From Auanema rhodensis (Eukaryota > Animalia > Nematoda), in NCBI GenBank assembly GCA_964057225.1, contig OZ059895.1, positions 23,622,001-23,686,000 on the forward strand: 64,000 nucleotides of DNA, read 5' to 3'. Position 1 is the first letter of the stretch. Every line of letters starts with the position of its first letter. A program made the translations under genes and the position numbers. Positions 54,101-64,000 of this stretch are shown one piece after another. The notes below the pieces were generated by a model, which had not been told where the DNA came from, did not search any database, and worked only from the letters and a program-made list of their open reading frames with translations.

Positions 54101-57100
54101 TGTGCACTTGGTATGTAACTCGCTTCACGTGAAAGATAAAGAGATGCGGTTTTCAAAATTAGATTCCCCATGTCCATATTAGTCTAAAAACAAATTTTTA
54201 TTGATATTGGTGCATGGTAACCATGACTTTGAATTTTACGTGAACTTTAATTTATGCTAATTAAATGTACACGTGATGTGCACTTGGTATGTAACTTGCT
54301 TCACGTGAAAGATAAAGAGATGCGGTTTTCAAAATTAGATTCCCCATGTCCATATTAGTCTAAAAACAAATTTTTATTGATATTGGTTCATGGTAACCAT
54401 GACTTTGAAATTTACGTGAACTTTAATTTATGCTAATTAAATGTACACGTGATGTGCACTTGGTATGTAACTCGCTTCACGTGAAAGATAAAGAGATGCG
54501 GTTTTCAAAATTAGATTCCCCATGTCCATATTAGTCTAAAAACAAATTTTTATTGATATTGGTGCATGGTAACCATGACTTTGAAATTTACGTGAACTTT
54601 AATTTATGCTAATTAAATGTACACGTGATGTGCACTTGGTATGTAACTCGCTTCACGTGAAAGATAAAGAGATGCGGTTTTCAAAATTAGATTCCCCATG
54701 TCCATATTAGTCTAAAAACAAATTTTTATTGATATTGCTTCATGGTAACCATGACTTTGAAATTTACGTGAACTTTAATTTATGCTAATTAAATGTACAC
54801 GTGATGTGCACTTGGTATGTAACTCGCTTCACGTGAAAGATAAAGAGATGCGGTTTTCAAAATTAGATTCCCCATGTCCATATTAGTCTAAAAACAAATT
54901 TTTATTGATATTGGTTCATGGTAACCATGACTTTGAAATTTACGTGAACTTTAATTTATGCTAATTAAATGTACACGTGATGTGCACTTGGTATGTAACT
55001 CGCTTCACGTGAAAGATAAAGAGATGCGGTTCTCAAAATTAGATTCCCCATGTCCATATTAGTCTAAAAACAAATTTTTATTGATATTGCTTCATGGTAA
55101 CCATGACTTTGAAATTTACGTGAACTTTAATTTGTGCTAATTAAATGTACACGTGATGTGCACTTGGTATGTAACTCGCTTCACGTGAAAGATAAAGAGA
55201 TGCGGTTTTCAAAATTAGATTCCCCATGTCCATATTAGTCTAAAAACAAATTTTTATTAATATTGCTTCATGGTAACCATGACTTTGAAATTTACGTGAA
55301 CTTTAATTTATGCTAATTAAATGTACACGTGATGTGCACTTGGTATGTAACTCGCTTCACGTGAAAGATAAAGAGATGCGGTTTTCAAAATTAGATTCCC
55401 CATGTCCATATTAGTCTAAAAACAAATTTTTATTGATATTGGTTCATGGTAACCATGACTTTGAAATTTACGTGAACTTTAATTTATGCTAATTAAATGT
55501 ACACGTGATGTGCACTTGGTATGTAACTCGCTTCACGTGAAAGATAAAGAGATGCGGTTTTCAAAATTAGATTCCCCATGTCCATATTAGTCTAAAAACA
55601 AATTTTTATTGATATTGGTTCATGGTAACCATGACTTTGAAATTTACGTGAACTTTAATTTATGCTAATTAAATGTACACGTGATGTGCACTTGGTATGT
55701 AACTCGCTTCACGTGAAAGATAAAGAGATGCGGTTTTCAAAATTAGATTCCCCATGTCCATATTAGTCTAAAAACAAATTTTTATTGATATTGGTTCATG
55801 GTAACCATGACTTTGAATTTTACGTGAACTTTAATTTATGCTAATTAAATGTACACGTGATGTGCACTTGGTATGTAACTCGCTTCACGTGAAAGATAAA
55901 GAGATGCGGTTTTCAAAATTAGATTCCCCATGTCCATATTAGTCTAAAAACAAATTTTTATTGATATTGCTTCATGGTAACCATGACTTTGAAATTTACG
56001 TGAACTTTAATTTATGCTAATTAAATGTACACGTGATGTGCACTTGGTATGTAACTCGCTTCACGTGAAAGATAAAGAGATGCGGTTTTCAAAATTAGAT
56101 TCCCCATGTCCATATTAGTCTAAAAACAAATTTTTATTGATATTGGTTCATGGTAACCATGACTTTGAAATTTACGTGAACTTTAATTTATGCTAATTAA
56201 ATGTACACGTGATGTGCACTTGGTATGTAACTCGCTTCACGTGAAAGATAAAGAGATGCGGTTTTCAAAATTAGATTCCCCATGTCCATATTAGTCTAAA
56301 AACAAATTTTTATTGATATTGCTTCATGGTAACCATGACTTTGAAATTTACGTGAACTTTAATTTGTGCTAATTAAATGTACACGTGATGTGCACTTGGT
56401 ATGTAACTCGCTTCACGTGAAAGATAAAGAGATGCGGTTTTCAAAATTAGATTCCCCATGTCCATATTAGTCTAAAAACAAATTTTTATTGATATTGCTT
56501 CATGGTAACCATGACTTTGAAATTTACGTGAACTTTAATTTATGCTAATTAAATGTACACGTGATGTGCACTTGGTATGTAACTCGCTTCACGTGAAAGA
56601 TAAAGAGATGCGGTTTTCAAAATTAGATTCCCCATGTCCATATTAGTCTAAAAACAGATTTTTATTGATATTGGTTCATGGTAACCATGACTTTGAAATT
56701 TACGTGAACTTTAATTTATGCTAATTAAATGTACACGTGATGTGCACTTGGTATGTAACTCGCTTCACGTGAAAGATAAAGAGATGCGGTTTTCAAAATT
56801 AGATTCCCCATGTCCATATTAGTCTAAAAACAAATTTTTATTGATATTGCTTCATGGTAACCATGACTTTGAAATTTACGTGAACTTTAATTTGTGCTAA
56901 TTAAATGTACACGTGATGTGCACTTGGTATGTAACTCGCTTCACGTGAAAGATAAAGAGATGCGGTTTTCAAAATTAGATTCCCCATGTCCATATTAGTC
57001 TAAAAACAAATTTTTATTGATATTGCTTCATGGTAACCATGACTTTGAAATTTACGTGAACTTTAATTTATGCTAATTAAATGTACACGTGATGTGCACT

Positions 57101-60100
57101 TGGTATGTAACTCGCTTCACGTGAAAGATAAAGAGATGCGGTTTTCAAAATTAGATTCCCCATGTCCATATTAGTCTAAAAACAAATTTTTATTGATATT
57201 GGTTCATGGTAACCATGACTTTGAAATTTACGTGAACTTTAATTTATGCTAATTAAATGTACACGTGATGTGCACTTGGTATGTAACTCGCTTCACGTGA
57301 AAGATAAAGAGATGCGGTTTTCAAAATTAGATTCCCCATATCCATATTAGTCTAAAAACAAATTTTTATTGATATTGGTGCATGGTAACCATGACTTTGA
57401 AATTTACGTGAACTTTAATTTATGCTAATTAAATGTACACGTGATGTGCACTTGGTATGTAACTCGCTTCACGTGAAAGATAAAGAGATGCGGTTCTCAA
57501 AATTAGATTCCCCATGTCCATATTAGTCTAAAAACAAATTTTTATTGATATTGGTGCATGGTAACCATGACTTTGAAATTTACGTGAACTTTAATTTATG
57601 CTAATTAAATGTACACGTGATGTGCACTTGGTATGTAACTCGCTTCACGTGAAAGATAAAGAGATGCGGTTTTCAAAATTAGATTCCCCATGTCCATATT
57701 AGTCTAAAAACAAATTTTTATTGATATTGGTTCATGGTAACCATGACTTTGAAATTTACGTGAACTTTAATTTATGCTAATTAAATGTACACGTGATGTG
57801 CACTTGGTATGTAACTCGCTTCACGTGAAAGATAAAGAGATGCGGTTTTCAAAATTAGATTCCCCATGTCCATATTAGTCTAAAAACGAATTTTTATTGA
57901 TATTGCTTCATGGTAACCATGACTTTGAAATTTACGTGAACTTTAATTTATGCTAATTAAATGTACACGTGATGTGCACTTGGTATGTAACTCGCTTCAC
58001 GTGAAAGATAAAGAGATGCGGTTTCCAAAATTAGATTCCCCATGTCCATATTAGTCTAAAAACAAATTTTTATTGATATTGGTTCATGGTAACCATGACT
58101 TTGAAATTTACGTGAACTTTAATTTATGCTAATTAAATGTGCACGTGATGTGCACTTGGTATGTAACTCGCTTCACGTGAAAGATAAAGAGATGCTGTTT
58201 TCAAAATTAGATTCCCCATGTCCATATTAGTCTAAAAACAAATTTTTATTGATATTGGTGCATGGTAACCATGACTTTGAAATTTACGTGAACTTTAATT
58301 CATGCTAATTAAATGTACACGTGATGTGCACTTGGTATGTAACTCGCTTCACGTGAAAGATAAAGAGATGCGGTTTTCAAAATTAGATTCCCCATGTCCA
58401 TATTAGTCTAAAAACAAATTTTTATTGATATTGCTTCATGGTAACCATGACTTTGAAATTTACGTGAACTTTAATTTATGCTAATTAAATGTACACGTGA
58501 TGTGCACTTGGTATGTAACTCGCTTCACGTGAAAGATAAAGAGATGCGGTTTTCAAAATTAGATTCCCCATGTCCATATTAGTCTAAAAACAAATTTTTA
58601 TTGATATTGGTTCATGGTAACCATGACTTTGAAATTTACGTGAACTTTAATTTATGCTAATTAAATGTACACGTGATGTGCACTTGGTATGTAACTCGCT
58701 TCACGTGAAAGATAAAGAGATGCGGTTTTCAAAATTAGATTCCCCATGTCCATATTAGTCTAAAAACAAATTTTTATTGATATTGCTTCATGGTAACCAT
58801 GACTTTGAAATTTACGTGAACTTTAATTTATGCTAATTAAATGTACACGTGATGTGCACTTGGTATGTAACTCGCTTCACGTGAAAGATAAAGAGATGCG
58901 GTTCTCAAAATTAGATTCCCCATGTCCATATTAGTCTAAAAACAAATTTTTATTGATATTGCTTCATGGTAACCTTGACTTTGAAATTTACGTGAACTTT
59001 AATTTATGCTAATTAAATGTACACGTGATGTGCACTTGGTATGTAACTCGCTTCACGTGAAAGATAAAGAGATGCGGTTTTCAAAATTAGATTCCCCATG
59101 TCCATATTAGTCTAAAAACAAATTTTTATTGATATTGGTTCATGGTAACCATGACTTTGAAATTTACGTGAACTTTAATTTATGCTAATTAAATGTACAC
59201 GTGATGTGCACTTGGTATGTAACTCGCTTCACGTGAAAGATAAAGAGATGCGGTTTTCAAAATTAGATTCCCCATGTCCATATTAGTCTAAAAACGAATT
59301 TTTATTGATATTGCTTCATGGTAACCATGACTTTGAAATTTACGTGAACTTTAATTTATGCTAATTAAATGTACACGTGATGTGCACTTGGTATGTAACT
59401 CGCTTCACGTGAAAGATAAAGAGATGCGGTTTCCAAAATTAGATTCCCCATGTCCATATTAGTCTAAAAACAAATTTTTATTGATATTGGTTCATGGTAA
59501 CCATGACTTTGAAATTTACGTGAACTTTAATTTATGCTAATTAAATGTGCACGTGATGTGCACTTGGTATGTAACTCGCTTCACGTGAAAGATAAAGAGA
59601 TGCGGTTTTCAAAATTAGATTCCCCATGTCCATATTAGTCTAAAAACAAATTTTTATTGATATTGGTGCATGGTAACCATGACTTTGAATTTTACGTGAA
59701 CTTTAATTTATGCTAATTAAATGTACACGTGATGTGCACTTGGTATGTAACTTGCTTCACGTGAAAGATAAAGAGATGCGGTTTTCAAAATTAGATTCCC
59801 CATGTCCATATTAGTCTAAAAACAAATTTTTATTGATATTGGTTCATGGTAACCATGACTTTGAAATTTACGTGAACTTTAATTTATGCTAATTAAATGT
59901 ACACGTGATGTGCACTTGGTATGTAACTCGCTTCACGTGAAAGATAAAGAGATGCGGTTTTCAAAATTAGATTCCCCATGTCCATATTAGTCTAAAAACA
60001 AATTTTTATTGATATTGGTGCATGGTAACCATGACTTTGAAATTTACGTGAACTTTAATTTATGCTAATTAAATGTACACGTGATGTGCACTTGGTATGT

Positions 60101-63100
60101 AACTCGCTTCACGTGAAAGATAAAGAGATGCGGTTTTCAAAATTAGATTCCCCATGTCCATATTAGTCTAAAAACAAATTTTTATTGATATTGCTTCATG
60201 GTAACCATGACTTTGAAATTTACGTGAACTTTAATTTATGCTAATTAAATGTACACGTGATGTGCACTTGGTATGTAACTCGCTTCACGTGAAAGATAAA
60301 GAGATGCGGTTTTCAAAATTAGATTCCCCATGTCCATATTAGTCTAAAAACAAATTTTTATTGATATTGGTGCATGGTAACCATGACTTTGAAATTTACG
60401 TGAACTTTAATTTATGCTAATTAAATGTACACGTGATGTGCACTTGGTATGTAACTCGCTTCACGTGAAAGATAAAGAGATGCGGTTTTCAAAATTAGAT
60501 TCCCCATGTCCATATTAGTCTAAAAACAAATTTTTATTGATATTGCTTCATGGTAACCATGACTTTGAAATTTACGTGAACTTTAATTTATGCTAATTAA
60601 ATGTACACGTGATGTGCACTTGGTATGTAACTCGCTTCACGTGAAAGATAAAGAGATGCGGTTTTCAAAATTAGATTCCCCATGTCCATATTAGTCTAAA
60701 AACAAATTTTTATTGATATTGGTTCATGGTAACCATGACTTTGAATTTTACGTGAACTTTAATTTATGCTAATTAAATGTACACGTGATGTGCACTTGGT
60801 ATGTAACTCGCTTCACGTGAAAGATAAAGAGATGCGGTTTTCAAAATTAGATTCCCCATGTCCATATTAGTCTAAAAACAAATTTTTATTGATATTGCTT
60901 CATGGTAACCATGACTTTGAAATTTACGTGAACTTTAATTTATGCTAATTAAATGTACACGTGATGTGCACTTGGTATGTAACTCGCTTCACGTGAAAGA
61001 TAAAGAGATGCGGTTTTCAAAATTAGATTCCCCATGTCCATATTAGTCTAAAAACAAATTTTTATTGATATTGGTTCATGGTAACCATGACTTTGAAATT
61101 TACGTGAACTTTAATTTATGCTAATTAAATGTACACGTGATGTGCACTTGGTATGTAACTCGCTTCACGTGAAAGATAAAGAGATGCGGTTCTCAAAATT
61201 AGATTCCCCATGTCCATATTAGTCTAAAAACAAATTTTTATTGATATTGCTTCATGGTAACCATGACTTTGAAATTTACGTGAACTTTAATTTGTGCTAA
61301 TTAAATGTACACGTGATGTGCACTTGGTATGTAACTCGCTTCACGTGAAAGATAAAGAGATGCGGTTTTCAAAATTAGATTCCCCATGTCCATATTAGTC
61401 TAAAAACAAATTTTTATTGATATTGGTTCATGGTAACCATGACTTTGAAATTTACGTGAACTTTAATTTATGCTAATTAAATGTACACGTGATGTGCACT
61501 TGGTATGTAACTCGCTTCACGTGAAAGATAAAGAGATGCGGTTTTCAAAATTAGATTCCCCATGTCCATATTAGTCTAAAAACAAATTTTTATTGATATT
61601 GGTTCATGGTAACCATGACTTTGAAATTTACGTGAACTTTAATTTATGCTAATTAAATGTACACGTGATGTGCACTTGGTATGTAACTCGCTTCACGTGA
61701 AAGATAAAGAGATGCGGTTTTCAAAATTAGATTCCCCATGTCCATATTAGTCTAAAAACAAATTTTTATTGATATTGGTTCATGGTAACCATGACTTTGA
61801 ATTTTACGTGAACTTTAATTTATGCTAATTAAATGTACACGTGATGTGCACTTGGTATGTAACTCGCTTCACGTGAAAGATAAAGAGATGCGGTTTTCAA
61901 AATTAGATTCCCCATGTCCATATTAGTCTAAAAACAAATTTTTATTGATATTGCTTCATGGTAACCATGACTTTGAAATTTACGTGAACTTTAATTTATG
62001 CTAATTAAATGTACACGTGATGTGCACTTGGTATGTAACTCGCTTCACGTGAAAGATAAAGAGATGCGGTTTTCAAAATTAGATTCCCCATGTCCATATT
62101 AGTCTAAAAACAAATTTTTATTGATATTGGTTCATGGTAACCATGACTTTGAAATTTACGTGAACTTTAATTTATGCTAATTAAATGTACACGTGATGTG
62201 CACTTGGTATGTAACTCGCTTCACGTGAAAGATAAAGAGATGCGGTTTTCAAAATTAGATTCCCCATGTCCATATTAGTCTAAAAACAAATTTTTATTGA
62301 TATTGCTTCATGGTAACCATGACTTTGAAATTTACGTGAACTTTAATTTGTGCTAATTAAATGTACACGTGATGTGCACTTGGTATGTAACTCGCTTCAC
62401 GTGAAAGATAAAGAGATGCGGTTTTCAAAATTAGATTCCCCATGTCCATATTAGTCTAAAAACAAATTTTTATTGATATTGCTTCATGGTAACCATGACT
62501 TTGAAATTTACGTGAACTTTAATTTATGCTAATTAAATGTACACGTGATGTGCACTTGGTATGTAACTCGCTTCACGTGAAAGATAAAGAGATGCGGTTT
62601 TCAAAATTAGATTCCCCATGTCCATATTAGTCTAAAAACAAATTTTTATTGATATTGGTTCATGGTAACCATGACTTTGAAATTTACGTGAACTTTAATT
62701 TATGCTAATTAAATGTACACGTGATGTGCACTTGGTATGTAACTCGCTTCACGTGAAAGATAAAGAGATGCGGTTTTCAAAATTAGATTCCCCATGTCCA
62801 TATTAGTCTAAAAACAGATTTTTATTGATATTGGTTCATGGTAACCATGACTTTGAAATTTACGTGAACTTTAATTTATGCTAATTAAATGTACACGTGA
62901 TGTGCACTTGGTATGTAACTCGCTTCACGTGAAAGATAAAGAGATGCGGTTTTCAAAATTAGATTCCCCATGTCCATATTAGTCTAAAAACAAATTTTTA
63001 TTGATATTGCTTCATGGTAACCATGACTTTGAAATTTACGTGAACTTTAATTTGTGCTAATTAAATGTACACGTGATGTGCACTTGGTATGTAACTCGCT

Positions 63101-64000
63101 TCACGTGAAAGATAAAGAGATGCGGTTTTCAAAATTAGATTCCCCATGTCCATATTAGTCTAAAAACAAATTTTTATTGATATTGCTTCATGGTAACCAT
63201 GACTTTGAAATTTACGTGAACTTTAATTTATGCTAATTAAATGTACACGTGATGTGCACTTGGTATGTAACTCGCTTCACGTGAAAGATAAAGAGATGCG
63301 GTTTTCAAAATTAGATTCCCCATGTCCATATTAGTCTAAAAACAAATTTTTATTGATATTGGTTCATGGTAACCATGACTTTGAAATTTACGTGAACTTT
63401 AATTTATGCTAATTAAATGTACACGTGATGTGCACTTGGTATGTAACTCGCTTCACGTGAAAGATAAAGAGATGCGGTTTTCAAAATTAGATTCCCCATG
63501 TCCATATTAGTCTAAAAACAAATTTTTATTGATATTGCTTCATGGTAACCATGACTTTGAAATTTACGTGAACTTTAATTTATGCTAATTAAATGTACAC
63601 GTGATGTGCACTTGGTATGTAACTCGCTTCACGTGAAAGATAAAGAGATGCGGTTTTCAAAATTAGATTCCCCATGTCCATATTAGTCTAAAAACAAATT
63701 TTTATTGATATTGGTTCATGGTAACCATGACTTTGAAATTTACGTGAACTTTAATTTATGCTAATTAAATGTACACGTGATGTGCACTTGGTATGTAACT
63801 CGCTTCACGTGAAAGATAAAGAGATGCGGTTTTCAAAATTAGATTCCCCATATCCATATTAGTCTAAAAACAAATTTTTATTGATATTGGTGCATGGTAA
63901 CCATGACTTTGAAATTTACGTGAACTTTAATTTATGCTAATTAAATGTACACGTGATGTGCACTTGGTATGTAACTCGCTTCACGTGAAAGATAAAGAGA
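51125..64000. repeat. Satellite domain E: 8-mer (1408 bp) nested in a 31-37-monomer (5.5-6.5 kb) duplicated block
   Basis: AAACGAATT occurs at 52432, 53840, 57888 and 59296 (steps of 1408 and 5456). ATTCATG occurs at 52845 and 58301 (5456), AAACAGATT at 56657 and 62817 (6160), and CCCATATCC at 57340 and 63852 (6512). Confidence 0.8.

Larger units (their letters stand above)
1..64000. repeat. 176-bp tandem satellite DNA array (about 361 units), candidate centromeric/pericentromeric satellite; extends beyond both window edges
   Basis: AACTCGCTTC recurs at 1, 177, 353 and so on; position 2641 (15x176+1) repeats line 1. Phase is fully explained to 63973 by seven +21 insertions, deletions of 1, 2 and 2 bp, and three 274-bp composite units. 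All copies share one orientation. The centromeric call is inference from monomer size and homogeneity. Confidence 0.98.

Noticed and set aside
1-64000. CRISPR array or other repeat-spacer system
   Set aside because: There are no unique spacers; the entire 176 bp is repeated, and no cas or other genes are present.
1-64000. Protein-coding tandem repeat
   Set aside because: 176 is not a multiple of 3, so any frame cycles through all phases. TAA, TAG and TGA are frequent on both strands, so no long ORF is possible.

Overview
The whole 64 kb window is one uninterrupted, head-to-tail, single-orientation tandem satellite array of a 176-bp monomer. The consensus is AACTCGCTTCACGTGAAAGATAAAGAGATGCGGTTTTCAAAATTAGATTCCCCATGTCCATATTAGTCTAAAAACAAATTTTTATTGATATTGGT(G/T)CATGGTAACCATGACTTTGAAATTTACGTGAACTTTAATTTATGCTAATTAAATGTACACGTGATGTGCACTTGGTATGT, about 32% GC by hand count. 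Tracking monomer phase gives 361 complete units plus a 28-bp partial. These include seven 197-bp monomers with an internal 21-bp duplication, three 274-bp rearranged composite units, and three monomers with 1-2 bp deletions. Most monomers differ from consensus at only a few positions. I see no genes, RNA genes, transposon insertions, inversions or CRISPR spacers. Monomer length, homogeneity and higher-order structure fit a eukaryotic centromeric or pericentromeric satellite, but function and organism cannot be established from sequence alone. The notable points are architectural. The array has successive domains with their own diagnostic variants and higher-order periods (7-, 5-, 16-, 25-, 8- and 31-37-mer, plus a 1330-bp unit). 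The monomer is rich in dyad symmetry and has three helically phased ACGTGA (E-box-like) cores. A templated-insertion repair junction has been amplified three times. I found no evidence for a protein-coding or prokaryotic-type novel system.
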